64,000 bases of DNA from Alphaproteobacteria bacterium. GTDB taxonomy: Bacteria > Pseudomonadota > Alphaproteobacteria > UBA828. The position numbers were made by a program, and so were the translations under genes. Of the stretch, positions 33,172 through 42,522 are shown in pieces. The notes under the pieces were generated by a model. The model made no database searches. It saw nothing but the letters and a program-made list of their open reading frames with translations, and was not told the DNA's origin. The stretch covers positions 608,523-672,522 of the forward strand of contig CBDCQT010000011.1 in assembly GCA_965220745.1 (NCBI GenBank). The letters run 5' to 3'. How positions within the stretch are numbered: the stretch's first letter is position 1; the number at the start of each line of letters is the position of its first letter.

Positions 33172-34086
33172 TCAGCCGGCCCGCGCGGGGGCAGGCGGCC
33201 TCGGGTAGCTGCCCAGCACCGCGATCCGCCCGACATCGTCGCCCAGCTGCTCGGCAAAGCGCTGCAGCCGCTCGTCCTCCTCGGCAACGAAGCCATCGAC
33301 CTCGATCAGCTGCCAGCGGCCGGGCGCGCCGCCATCGCCGTGCCAGGCCACGGAGCCGGTCACCGCGATGCCGGCCACGGCGAGCGCCGAGCGGATGCGG
33401 TCGCGGCTGATGGTGTCCGAAGATTCCACTGCGAGGTACGAAACGTCGTCGCCTGACGGTGCCGGCGGGGTCATGGCCACCACGAGCGCATTGGTCTTGC
33501 CGGCGGCATGTCGTCCGCCCGCGAGCCAGGGCAGGCGGGAGACGATCATCGGCCTCTCTTCGTCGCTGACGGCAAGCGTCAGCCACCAGGGCTCGGCGCT
33601 CACCCCGACGTCGCCGCTCATCGCGTCCGCAGGCACCGGCAGCACGCCGATGGATGCCTTGCCGTCGCGCACGCCGCGCAGCACGCCGCTCTCCGTCCGG
33701 GCGGTGATCAACGGTGTTTCGGCGCCGAAATAGACCCGCGCGAGGTCGGGGAAGCGGCTCTCCTCGCTCGGCTCCTCCACCGTGAACACCGAGACCGCGA
33801 AGCCGCCCTCGGCAAAGAGAGTCGCCGACATGATCTCGGACCAGATACGCACGACGACGGGGAAGGGAAAGGGGCCCTCATGACGCTCTTGCAGCCTTCT
33901 CAGGATCGCCGCCTCGCGCGCAGGCCGCAGCAGGGCGCCGGTGGCGCCGCGGGCGCGCTTGGCCTCGCTGATGCGATTGGCGAGCGCCATCCGGCGCATC
34001 AGGAGATCGTGGATCGTGTCGTCGATCTCGTCGATCTCGTCGCGCAGGGCGGCGATCGGAGATTCCTCCGGCGAAGGCCTGTTCAT
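33172..34086 (-). CDS. Chorismate mutase (AroQ domain plus C-terminal domain)
   Basis: LRDEIDEIDDTIHDLLMRR...RPAREAAILRRL. Conserved CM-hisC-tyrA order. Confidence 0.85.
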   Translation of the reverse strand: MNRPSPEESPIAALRDEIDEIDDTIHDLLMRRMALANRISEAKRARGATGALLRPAREAAILRRLQERHEGPFPFPVVVRIWSEIMSATLFAEGGFAVSVFTVEEPSEESRFPDLARVYFGAETPLITARTESGVLRGVRDGKASIGVLPVPADAMSGDVGVSAEPWWLTLAVSDEERPMIVSRLPWLAGGRHAAGKTNALVVAMTPPAPSGDDVSYLAVESSDTISRDRIRSALAVAGIAVTGSVAWHGDGGAPGRWQLIEVDGFVAEEDERLQRFAEQLGDDVGRIAVLGSYPRPPAPARAG

Positions 34087-34256
34087 GGCTTGGCTGACAC
34101 GGCTCAAGGGGGAGGCAAGTCGTAGTCCAAGACCGTGGTAAAATCAAAGAGAACATTGACTTTCGGGTTCAAATCGCAACTGTCTGACCCCCTTTCGGCG
34201 ACACTTGCGACCTGCGATCCAATGACGGGACGCAGCCGCCCGGAGCCCGGTGAACG

Positions 34257-35426
34257 ATGACCGCAATGCCCAAGAGCCAAGCTGCGGCGGAGCATGCACA
34301 GACCGGCCTGAGCGTCGAGCTCGGCCGGGAGCAGCCGCTCGAGCTCGACTGCGGCGTCTCCTTGGGGCCGTTCACGCTCGCCTATCAGACCTACGGCACG
34401 CTCAACGAGGAACGCTCCAACGCGGTGCTGCTCTGTCACGCGCTCACCGGCGATCAGTTCGTCGTGGGCCCCCACCCGGTCACCGGCAAACCCGGCTGGT
34501 GGGAGCTGATGGTGGGGCCCGGCAAGACCTTCGATACCGACCGCTACTTCGTGATCTGCAGCAACACGCTCGGCGGCTGCATGGGAACCAGCGGGCCGAA
34601 GGAGATCAACCCGGCGACAGGGCGCTCCTGGGGCCTGGATTTTCCGGTCATCACGATCCGCGACATGGTCAAGGCCCAGGCCATGCTGCTGGATCATCTC
34701 GGCATCGAGCAACTTTTCTGCGTCTCCGGCGGCTCCATGGGCGGCATGCAGGCTTTGCAGTGGGTGGCGAGCTACCCCGAGCGCTGCTTTACCGCTGTCC
34801 CCATCGCCTGTGCAGCCAAGCACTCGGCGCAGAACATCGCGCTCAACGAGGTCGGCCGCCAGGCGATCATGGCCGATCCCGAATGGCGCGAGGGGCGCTA
34901 TCAGGAACTCGGCACAAATCCGGTCGGCGGCCTCGCGGTGGCGCGCATGGCTGCGCACATCACCTATCTCTCGGAATCGGCGCTGCACCGGAAGTTCGGC
35001 CGGGCGCTGCAGGACAGGTCCAACGTCACCTACGGCTTCGATGCGGACTTCCAGGTGGAGAGCTACCTTCGCTATCAGGGGCAGAGCTTCGTCGAGCGCT
35101 TCGACGCCAACTCCTACCTCTACATCACCCGTGCGATCGACTACTTCGATCTCGCGGCCGACTACGACGGCGTGCTTGCCAATGCGTTTCGTGGGGTCGA
35201 CACCCGTTTCTGTGTGATCTCCTTCACCAGCGACTGGCTCTATCCCACGTCCGAGAACCGGGCAATCGTGCGAGCGCTGGCCGCGGCCGCTGCCAACGTG
35301 AGCTTCGTCGAGGTGGTGAGCGACAAGGGGCACGATGCCTTCCTCCTCGATGAGCCGGACATGTTCGAGACTCTGCGCGGGTTCCTGAGCGGCGCCGCCG
35401 CCAAGCGCGGGCTCAGCAGCCCCTGA
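34257..35426 (+). CDS. metX: Homoserine O-acetyltransferase
   Basis: [22 protein letters not shown] nucleophile, RFDANSY, GHDAFL. Confidence 0.94.
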   Translation: MTAMPKSQAAAEHAQTGLSVELGREQPLELDCGVSLGPFTLAYQTYGTLNEERSNAVLLCHALTGDQFVVGPHPVTGKPGWWELMVGPGKTFDTDRYFVICSNTLGGCMGTSGPKEINPATGRSWGLDFPVITIRDMVKAQAMLLDHLGIEQLFCVSGGSMGGMQALQWVASYPERCFTAVPIACAAKHSAQNIALNEVGRQAIMADPEWREGRYQELGTNPVGGLAVARMAAHITYLSESALHRKFGRALQDRSNVTYGFDADFQVESYLRYQGQSFVERFDANSYLYITRAIDYFDLAADYDGVLANAFRGVDTRFCVISFTSDWLYPTSENRAIVRALAAAAANVSFVEVVSDKGHDAFLLDEPDMFETLRGFLSGAAAKRGLSSP

Positions 35427-35436
35427 GCGCTCGCCC

Positions 35437-36081
35437 ATGAACGCAGGCCCGCAGCGGCAGAGCATGCGCCAGAGCGCCCGCCCCGACCATCGCCTGATCG
35501 CCGATCTGGTGGAGCCGGGTTCCAGGCTGCTCGACATCGGCTGCGGCGACGGCGCCCTGCTGGAGCTGCTCGCGCGGGAGAAGAACGTCGACGGCCGCGG
35601 CATCGAGATCAGCCAGGAGGGCGTCAATGCCTCGGTGAGGCGCGGGCTCTCGGTCATCCAGGGCGATGCCGAGACCGACCTCGCCGACTATCCGGATGCC
35701 GCCTTCGACTACGTGGTGCTGAGCCAGACCCTGCCCGCGATCCGCGATCCCAAGGGCGTACTGCTGGAGCTGCGCAGGATCGGCCGGAGCGCGATCGTCT
35801 CGATTCCCAATTTCGGGCATTGGCGTAACCGGCTGCACCTGCTGACGCGGGGCCGCATGCCGGCCGCGCTGGGCTCCGGCGAGCTCTGGTACGAAACGCC
35901 GATGATCCGGCCGTGCACGATCAAGGACTTCGTGATGCTCTGCCGCGAGCTCGACATCGGCATCGAGCGCCGCACCCAGGTCGATTCACGGGGGCGCGTG
36001 CGCCGCTTCACAGGCACCGGCCGCTTCGCCAACCTGTTCGGCGAGCAGGCGGTGTTCCTACTCTCCGCCGAGCACCGTTAA
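35437..36081 (+). CDS. metW: Methionine biosynthesis protein MetW
   Basis: LDIGCGDG, FDYVVLSQTL, SIPNFGHW. Follows metX. Confidence 0.92.
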   Translation: MNAGPQRQSMRQSARPDHRLIADLVEPGSRLLDIGCGDGALLELLAREKNVDGRGIEISQEGVNASVRRGLSVIQGDAETDLADYPDAAFDYVVLSQTLPAIRDPKGVLLELRRIGRSAIVSIPNFGHWRNRLHLLTRGRMPAALGSGELWYETPMIRPCTIKDFVMLCRELDIGIERRTQVDSRGRVRRFTGTGRFANLFGEQAVFLLSAEHR

Positions 36082-36831
36082 GCCGCAGCTCCTGCCGGCG
36101 GCTCGCGCGCCGGCCGGCACCGGCTGCGGCAACGGCATGATGACCCGTCGCCGGCGCCGCGCCGTAACCGGGACGGCCTCGAACACGGTCTTGCCCGCCT
36201 CCACGTAGACGATGCCGCCGAATGGGCGGCCGAGATGGCGGCCGAGGCGCTGCCAGATGGCGGCGGTACGCATCACCCCGCGCCAGCCCGTGGGCGGAAG
36301 GAACAGCATCGCGCCGGAGGCGACCGGGGCGAAGCGGTGCTCGCGCAGGAGCCGGGCCAGCTGGGAGGCGCTGAACGGCGAGCCGTGGCCGAAGGGCGTG
36401 GCCTCGGCCCGTGCCCAGAGACCGTGGCGGTTGGGCACCAGCACCAGGATGCGCCCGTCCGGCCGCATCACCCGCCACACCTCCTCCAGCATCGGGCGGC
36501 GCTGCTCGCTGAACTCGAGCCCGTGGACGATGAGGATGCGGTCGATGCAGCCGTCGGGCAGCGGCAACACACCATCGTCGGCGAGCGCGACCTGCCGCCC
36601 GCCGCTCTCGGGCCAGGCCATCACTCCCTGGCCCGCCGGCATGACTGCGAACACGCGGTCCGCCTCCTCGCGGAAGAGGCCGAGGAAGGGCACCGGGTAG
36701 CCGAGCCCCAGCACCACCTCCTCGCGCACGCTCGGCCAGACCCGGCGGATCTGCTGGCCCAGGATGCGGCGCGTGACCCGGCCGAGCCGGGTCAGGTAGA
36801 AGGCGTTGAGGTCGACGACGTCCTGATGCAT
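36058..36831 (-). CDS. Class I SAM-dependent methyltransferase (YafS-like, usually divergent from gloB)
   Basis: DVVDL.AFY.T.LG, MPA.QGVMAWP, HGLE, VPNR.GLWAR.E.TPFGHG. Confidence 0.8.
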   Translation of the reverse strand: MHQDVVDLNAFYLTRLGRVTRRILGQQIRRVWPSVREEVVLGLGYPVPFLGLFREEADRVFAVMPAGQGVMAWPESGGRQVALADDGVLPLPDGCIDRILIVHGLEFSEQRRPMLEEVWRVMRPDGRILVLVPNRHGLWARAEATPFGHGSPFSASQLARLLREHRFAPVASGAMLFLPPTGWRGVMRTAAIWQRLGRHLGRPFGGIVYVEAGKTVFEAVPVTARRRRRVIMPLPQPVPAGARAAGRSCGLTVLGGE

Positions 36832-36934
36832 GGCGGGCTATGGTAGCAGCCCACACCGGCCCGGCTCAGCACCGGGATGCTAATCCGCGTCTCCGCAGCG
36901 TGCCTCCCTACCGCTCGGCGAACAGGAGTGCGCG

Positions 36935-38338
36935 CTATGCGTAGTAGCCCGCGTCCTCCAAGACCCTTCGGATTCCCTTGTCCATATTTGTTAGCGCTTG
37001 CTCGATGCTCTGCTCGCCGTTGACGGCATCGGCGACCTCGACCCCATTTTGCGTGCCGATCGTGAAGCCCTCCGGGATCATCAGATTGTTAGTGACGCCG
37101 TAAGGCATGCTTGCCATCAGCCCACCGAAGAACAGCTTGTCGTCCTTGTGCCGATCGAGGATCGAGAGCCGTGCCGGCTGCCCGCCGGCCGCCACCACCG
37201 CCTCGCCGATCGCCGGATCGCGGGCATCGCCAGAGGCCAGGAACTTTGCGAATGCGACACCCGCCTCCTGGCTTTTCGAATAGGTCGGAACGAAGACGCC
37301 GAACCCGCCGGTGCTGACCCGATGCGCCCCCTTCTCGTTGTCTCCCGCGGGCGGCAGATCGGCGTAGATGACCCGGTCGAACTTGGTGAAGGAGGGATCA
37401 TTCAGCACCGCCGTTCCCCAGGTCAGCGGGCCGTAGACTGCGGTGCCGTTGGCAAAGGCGGTGTTCACCTCGTCCTCGCCCGCATTGCTGCTCACGGGGT
37501 GTGCGTACTGTTGCAGGTCGACCAGCATCTTCAGGGCCATGTAGCCCTCTTCGCTGTTGACGGACGGATTCCAGTAGCCGGGTTCCTCACGGTCGACCAA
37601 GGTGCCGCCGAACGAGCGCAGCGCGCCGTAGTACTGATAGCCGGCCCAATAGCTCCGCTGCATGGCGCCGACATAGCCGTATTGATCGGTGCCGGGCGAA
37701 TGCAGCTCCTTGGCGGCCTCCAGGGCGTCCGGCCATGTTCTCGGCACCGGAATTCCGGCCTTGTCGAAGATGTCCTTGCGATAGAACGTCATCTGGCAGT
37801 TGGCGTCGTGAGCCAGGCCATAGAGCGTGCCCTCGCTCTTGGCGATGGGAATGCGGTAGAGCGACTGCAACGCCTCCGGCACGTCTGTCTGATAGTCCGC
37901 AAACCACGTGGGGTCGGCGTCCATGTGTTCCTGAAGCGGAATCATCGCCCCGAAGGATTCGAGCGACGGGTACTGGCCGTAATCCTGGGTCACAGAATCG
38001 AAGGCATCCGACTTCGACTGCATGTAGACGTTGACCTTGTTCAGGAACTCGTTCGTCGGGATCGTGGCGACGTTCAGCGTGACGTTCGGATAAGCCTTCT
38101 CGAACAGCGGCTTGAGGCCGCGCACGACGCCCGCGAAACGGCTGCCCGACGCCGTCAGATGCACCACTTCGCCGGTGACGTCGGCGCGCACCTCGCGCGG
38201 CACGAAGTTGGCGGCGATTGCGGCAATTGCGGTGGCCGAGCTTGCCTGCAGCACCTGACGACGCGTGAGTGCGGTGCGTCGACGATACAGCACCTCCGCC
38301 ATCGTCTCTTTCCATGTGTCATAATTTCGATCGCTCAT
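36935..38338 (-). CDS. Tat-exported extracellular solute-binding protein (ABC family 1), no permeases adjacent
   Basis: LTRRQVL Tat motif, FYRKDIFDKAG, P.TW.D.LEAAK. RBS aaggagg. Confidence 0.82.
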   Translation of the reverse strand: MSDRNYDTWKETMAEVLYRRRTALTRRQVLQASSATAIAAIAANFVPREVRADVTGEVVHLTASGSRFAGVVRGLKPLFEKAYPNVTLNVATIPTNEFLNKVNVYMQSKSDAFDSVTQDYGQYPSLESFGAMIPLQEHMDADPTWFADYQTDVPEALQSLYRIPIAKSEGTLYGLAHDANCQMTFYRKDIFDKAGIPVPRTWPDALEAAKELHSPGTDQYGYVGAMQRSYWAGYQYYGALRSFGGTLVDREEPGYWNPSVNSEEGYMALKMLVDLQQYAHPVSSNAGEDEVNTAFANGTAVYGPLTWGTAVLNDPSFTKFDRVIYADLPPAGDNEKGAHRVSTGGFGVFVPTYSKSQEAGVAFAKFLASGDARDPAIGEAVVAAGGQPARLSILDRHKDDKLFFGGLMASMPYGVTNNLMIPEGFTIGTQNGVEVADAVNGEQSIEQALTNMDKGIRRVLEDAGYYA

Positions 38339-38384
38339 GTCTTCCTCCTTGAGAGTTGTTGGGGCGCGTCGCGCCGTCACCCTT

Positions 38385-38654
38385 TAACCCGCATTTCTCA
38401 CCATGGTCATGGTCTGCGCGGCGCTGTCCGGCCGACAGAGTAGGAACGGCGCGCAGCGCGATGCGGGGACATCGGGCGAGTGGCTTGACGCACTCTGTGG
38501 GCCGGAGAGCGTCGCCCTTCGGGTCGCGCCCAGGCGCCCGCCCGCGGCGTCGCGGGCCTCAACCGTATTCCCTGATACGCTTTTCGGCCCGCTCCTGGCG
38601 GATCGAACGCCTGGACGCGACGCAGGCCGTGACCCTGGTGAGAAAGGCGGGTTA
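38385..38654. mobile_element. MITE copy 1 (non-autonomous, ~266 bp)
   Basis: TIRs acccgc(a/c)tttctcacca, flanked by TA within TTAA on both sides. Homologous to 55112-55411 in inverted orientation. Confidence 0.8.
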
Positions 38655-38912
38655 ACCCGACAAGGCGCCCACTGATTCGGGTGACTTTCGGGCCGGTCAA
38701 AATATCGTTGTGTGAATGCAAGGACGCGAAGACCGCCGTTCCGTCGGCCGGCTCAAACCGGGTATCCCCGACGGACGCCACGAACAACGTCGTGGAATGC
38801 GTTTTTTGAACCCTCTCTACCATGGGCCGTCCTTCGGCCAGTGGAGGGTATGCCCCGGAGCTTAGCCCGGAAGACTCACCATTGTCATGGTCTGGGCGGA
38901 CAAGAGCCCGCC

Positions 38913-39635
38913 CTAATACATGTGGGTGCCGCCGTTCATGGTGATGGTGGAACCGGTGGTCCACGCCGCCTTGTCGTCCACCAGGAAGAGCACGGCATGG
39001 GCCACCTCCTCCTCGTAGCCCATGCGGCGGATCGGGGACTTGTCGATGATCTTCTGCGCGATCCGTTCGGGCATGTTGCGCATCAGGTAGGTGTCGACGT
39101 AGCCGGGTGCCACGGTGTTGACCGTGATGCCGTGCTTCGCCCCTTCCTGCGCCAGCGCCTTGGTGAAGCCATGCATGCCCGCCTTGGCGGCGACGTAGTT
39201 GACCTGGTTGAGCTGGCCGGCCTGTCCGTTCATCGAGCCGATCTGGATGATACGGCCCCAGCCCCGCTCCATCATGCCGGGGTAGACCGCCTTCGACATG
39301 TAGAAGACGGAATCGAGATTGACCCGGACCACCCGCTGCCACTGGTCGTCGGCCATGTTCTCGAACTTGTTGTCGGAGACCGTGCCCGCGTTGTTGACGA
39401 GAATCTCGACCGGGCCGTGCTCGGCCTCGATCGCCGCGACCCCAGCGCGGCAGGCGTCGCCGTCGCTCACGTCCCACTTGAGCGCCGGGATGCCGGTCTC
39501 CGCCGTGAAGGCGGCGGCGCACGCCTCATCCGCATGGTAGTTGACCACCACCGGGTGGCCGGCCTCGTGCAGGGCACGCGCAATGCCGGCGCCGATGCCG
39601 CGCGTGCCGCCGGTAATGAGTGCTAACCGTCCCAC
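38913..39635 (-). CDS. phaB: Acetoacetyl-CoA reductase (SDR), paralog 2
   Basis: TGGTRGIG, NNAG, NGQAGQ, NYVAAKAG, NGGTHMY. Confidence 0.78.
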   Translation of the reverse strand: MGRLALITGGTRGIGAGIARALHEAGHPVVVNYHADEACAAAFTAETGIPALKWDVSDGDACRAGVAAIEAEHGPVEILVNNAGTVSDNKFENMADDQWQRVVRVNLDSVFYMSKAVYPGMMERGWGRIIQIGSMNGQAGQLNQVNYVAAKAGMHGFTKALAQEGAKHGITVNTVAPGYVDTYLMRNMPERIAQKIIDKSPIRRMGYEEEVAHAVLFLVDDKAAWTTGSTITMNGGTHMY

Positions 39636-39656
39636 GCCCGTCTCCCTTCAGTCTGG

Positions 39657-40379
39657 CTAATACATGTGGTGGCCGCCGTTCACCGAGATCGTCGATCCGG
39701 TGATGAAATCAGCGTCGTCTGCGGTCAGGAACAGTACCGCGCGTGCGATGTCCTCGGCACGGCCGAGCCGGCCCACCGGGATGCTGGCCACGATCTTCTC
39801 CAGTACGGCCTCGGGCACGGCGCGCACCATCTCGGTATCGACATAGCCGGGGGCCACCGCGTTCACGGTGATGCCGTGGCGCGCGCCCTCCTGGGCCAGC
39901 GCCTTGGTGAAGCCGTGGATGCCGGACTTCGCGGCGGCGTAGTTGACCTGGCCGTACTGGCCGGCCTGGCCGTTGATCGAGCCGATGTTGACCACGCGGC
40001 CGAACTTGCGCGCCCGCATGCCGGGGAAGGTGGCGTGACAGAGGTTGAAGCAGGAGCCGAGATTGGTGTCGAGCACTGCCTGCCACCTGTCCGGCGTCAT
40101 CTTCTGCAGCGTGCCGTCCCGCGTGATCCCGGCGTTGTTCACCAGGATGTCGATGGGGCCAAGGTCTTGTTCGATCTGGGCAATGCCCGCCTCGCAAGCC
40201 GCAAAGTCGCTTACGTCCCACTTGTAGACGTCGATGCCGGTGACCTCGCGGAAGCGCTCGGCGGCCTCGTCGTTGGCGTTGTAATTGGCGGCCACCTGGC
40301 AGCCGTTGTTCTTCAGCGCGAGCGAGATGGCACCGCCGATCCCGCGCGTACCGCCCGTCACCAGTGCGACCCGACTCAT
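39657..40379 (-). CDS. phaB: Acetoacetyl-CoA reductase
   Basis: TGGTRGIG, NNAGITRD, SINGQAGQYGQVNYAAAKSG. Confidence 0.92.
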   Translation of the reverse strand: MSRVALVTGGTRGIGGAISLALKNNGCQVAANYNANDEAAERFREVTGIDVYKWDVSDFAACEAGIAQIEQDLGPIDILVNNAGITRDGTLQKMTPDRWQAVLDTNLGSCFNLCHATFPGMRARKFGRVVNIGSINGQAGQYGQVNYAAAKSGIHGFTKALAQEGARHGITVNAVAPGYVDTEMVRAVPEAVLEKIVASIPVGRLGRAEDIARAVLFLTADDADFITGSTISVNGGHHMY

Positions 40380-40466
40380 CTTCTCTCTCCCGGCAATGAT
40401 CCGCGCCGCCGGGGACCCATTCCGCGGCGGCGCGCGGGCCTCATATGCGCCTGCGCCCGCGCATTT

Positions 40467-41696
40467 TCAAGCGGTGGCGTGGGCAGAAATCCAATCCGCG
40501 AGCCTGCGCCAGAGCAGGCGCTTGGCGCGGGGGCTCGCCATCATGCCGATATGGCCGAGCGGCGGGCGCCAGGTCTCCACATCGGGCAGTGCCTCACTCA
40601 GCGCCGCCGCCGAGGCGGGCGGGACGATGCGGTCGCGCGCCGGCACGACATTGAGCGCGGGGCAGGTGACGCGCTCGGGGCTGACCGCCTCATCCCCCAC
40701 GCGCCAGTTGCCGCGCGCGGGAGCGTTCGCGCCGTAACAGTCGTTGAGGCAGGCGCGGGCGACGGGGCCGGTGAGCGGGACGGCGTCGTTGAGCCAGTCC
40801 TCAAGCGCGACGAAATTGCGTGCGGCAGCGGAGGCGGGCGCAAGCTCGGCGAAGGCGGTGAACTTGCGTGCCGCCAGCAGCGGGTCGAGCGCAGCGAACA
40901 TGGCTTGCAGCGCATCGGGCGGCAGCTGCCCCAGACCGTCGATCAGGGCGGTGAGCCCCGGCAGATGGGCCGCGATCAGCCGCGCCTGATGGCGGCCGTC
41001 CGCCCAAAAATCCCAGGGCGTCGCCAGCAGCACCAGCGCGGCTACCTCGGCGCGGGCGGCGATCGGCAACACCATGGTGCCGCCCATGCAATAGCCGGCG
41101 AGGACGACCGGCCGGCCCGCGTCGCGGCGCACAGCCTCCAGCGCCGGGGTGAGGCGGCCCAGAATGTAGTCGTCGAGCCCGAATTCGCGCTCGTCCGCGC
41201 CCGGCGCCCCCCAGTCCAGCAGGTAGGGCCGCAATCGCCGCTTCCGCAGGTAGCGGGCGAAGCTGCGCTGCGCCGTGAGGTCCAGGATGTAGGCGCGGTT
41301 GATGAGCGAAGGCACGAGCAGGACGGGTGCTGCCGACGTGTCCCCGCCGAAGGCCAGGACCCGCGTCGTGCCGGACTGCCAGAGCACCGGCGGGTCTTTC
41401 AGGCCGCGACGATAGGGGTGCGAACGGTAGCCCTCAATGCCTTCGAGGAAGGTGCCGATGCGGGTTGCCGCCTCGGCGCCGAGGGCGCGCGCCAGTGCCT
41501 CAGGATCGGTCTCTGCCAGCGCCTCCTGGAGTGCCGTCGCCTCCGCTCGGTTCGCGTGCCGCCAGGTCAGCGATCCGCTCTTCGACAGCCGCAAGGCGGC
41601 GAGAGAGCTCAGCCAGACGCTGAGCGCCATCCCCAGATGGAGCGGCAGCGGCCTCGGCCCGAGCCTGGGCGGCGGTGCTGGCGTCGGTGCCGGCAT
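40467..41696 (-). CDS. PHA synthase-like alpha/beta hydrolase (PhaC class III-like)
   Basis: LLVPSLINRAYILDL, LLDWG, lipase-box GYCMGG, ARDRIVPP (Asp), GHIGM (His). Upstream of phaB. Confidence 0.8.
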   Translation of the reverse strand: MPAPTPAPPPRLGPRPLPLHLGMALSVWLSSLAALRLSKSGSLTWRHANRAEATALQEALAETDPEALARALGAEAATRIGTFLEGIEGYRSHPYRRGLKDPPVLWQSGTTRVLAFGGDTSAAPVLLVPSLINRAYILDLTAQRSFARYLRKRRLRPYLLDWGAPGADEREFGLDDYILGRLTPALEAVRRDAGRPVVLAGYCMGGTMVLPIAARAEVAALVLLATPWDFWADGRHQARLIAAHLPGLTALIDGLGQLPPDALQAMFAALDPLLAARKFTAFAELAPASAAARNFVALEDWLNDAVPLTGPVARACLNDCYGANAPARGNWRVGDEAVSPERVTCPALNVVPARDRIVPPASAAALSEALPDVETWRPPLGHIGMMASPRAKRLLWRRLADWISAHATA

Positions 41697-41868
41697 TCAG
41701 GCCGCCGTTCTCCCCGCCGCCCGCGAGTGCGGCGGGGGGCAGGGCGGCAAGACGGAGCGTGAGCGCGCCGGGACCATGGTCGCGTCCGGTGCCGGCGATC
41801 TCCTCCTGCCAGAGGTCGAGGAAGCGGCGGGCGAGCGTGGCCGGATCGTCGTCATCGTTCGTCGCCAT
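41500..41868 (-). CDS. Small hypothetical protein with C-terminal coiled coil, overlapping the PhaC-like gene
   Basis: LARRFLDLWQEEIA...RLAELSRRLAAVEERIADL. ATG at 41868 (alternative 41880). Confidence 0.6.
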   Translation of the reverse strand: MATNDDDDPATLARRFLDLWQEEIAGTGRDHGPGALTLRLAALPPAALAGGGENGGLNAGTDASTAAQARAEAAAAPSGDGAQRLAELSRRLAAVEERIADLAAREPSGGDGTPGGAGRDRS

Positions 41869-41948
41869 GGCGCCACTCATGGCGCGAGTATAGCCCAAGC
41901 GGCGCCCCCGTCGTTGACTTGGCCAGCAGCGCGCACCATGCTCCGGCC

Positions 41949-42473
41949 ATGACCATCGAGCAGAAGATCGAGGCCGCGGGCCTGACGCTCCCCCGGCTGG
42001 AAGACAGCTACGGCACCAACCCGGCGGCCGCGAAATACGTCTCGCACCATGCCCTCGGGCGCGTGCTCTACCTCTCGGGCTGCACGCCCATGAAGGACGG
42101 CAAGCCCTATCTTCCCGGAATCCTCGGCGAGGATCTCACGATCGAGGAGGGCTACGAAGCGGCGCGCCAGTGCATGCTCTGCTATCTCGGTTTGATCAAG
42201 TATGCGCTGGGCGATCTCGACCGGATGCACCGGATGCTGCATCTGCACGGCTATGTGAACTCGGGGCCCGATTTCGTCGATCAGCCGCGGGTCATCAACG
42301 GTGCTGTCGACCTGCTCGTCGAGCTGTACGGCCGGCGCCTGATGCCGACGCGGGCTGCCATCGGCTGCCGCGGGCTAGCGGTCAACCATTCGGTCGAGCT
42401 GATCGCCACGGTGGAGTTCGACGGGGGTTCCGTGGCACCGCCGCTCGCCCGCGACGGGACGGTGCTGGACTGA
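41949..42473 (+). CDS. RidA/YjgF family protein
   Basis: IEQKIEAAGLTLP, LYLSG, GYEAARQC, GYVNS.PDF.DQP.VINGA.DLL, RAAIG. Confidence 0.85.
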   Translation: MTIEQKIEAAGLTLPRLEDSYGTNPAAAKYVSHHALGRVLYLSGCTPMKDGKPYLPGILGEDLTIEEGYEAARQCMLCYLGLIKYALGDLDRMHRMLHLHGYVNSGPDFVDQPRVINGAVDLLVELYGRRLMPTRAAIGCRGLAVNHSVELIATVEFDGGSVAPPLARDGTVLD

Positions 42474-42522
42474 GAGTCACCCGCTTCGCCTGCTCGACCC
42501 TTCATTCACGAGACGTCATGCC

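Noticed and set aside
34107-34256. SAM-II/SAM-SAH riboswitch upstream of metX
   Set aside because: Expected by context, but I could not see the conserved motif. cmscan would be needed.
38660-38905. Possible IS end (tagagagggttcaaaaaa) or small ORF beside MITE copy 1
   Set aside because: No partner inverted repeat, no transposase similarity and no convincing RBS.
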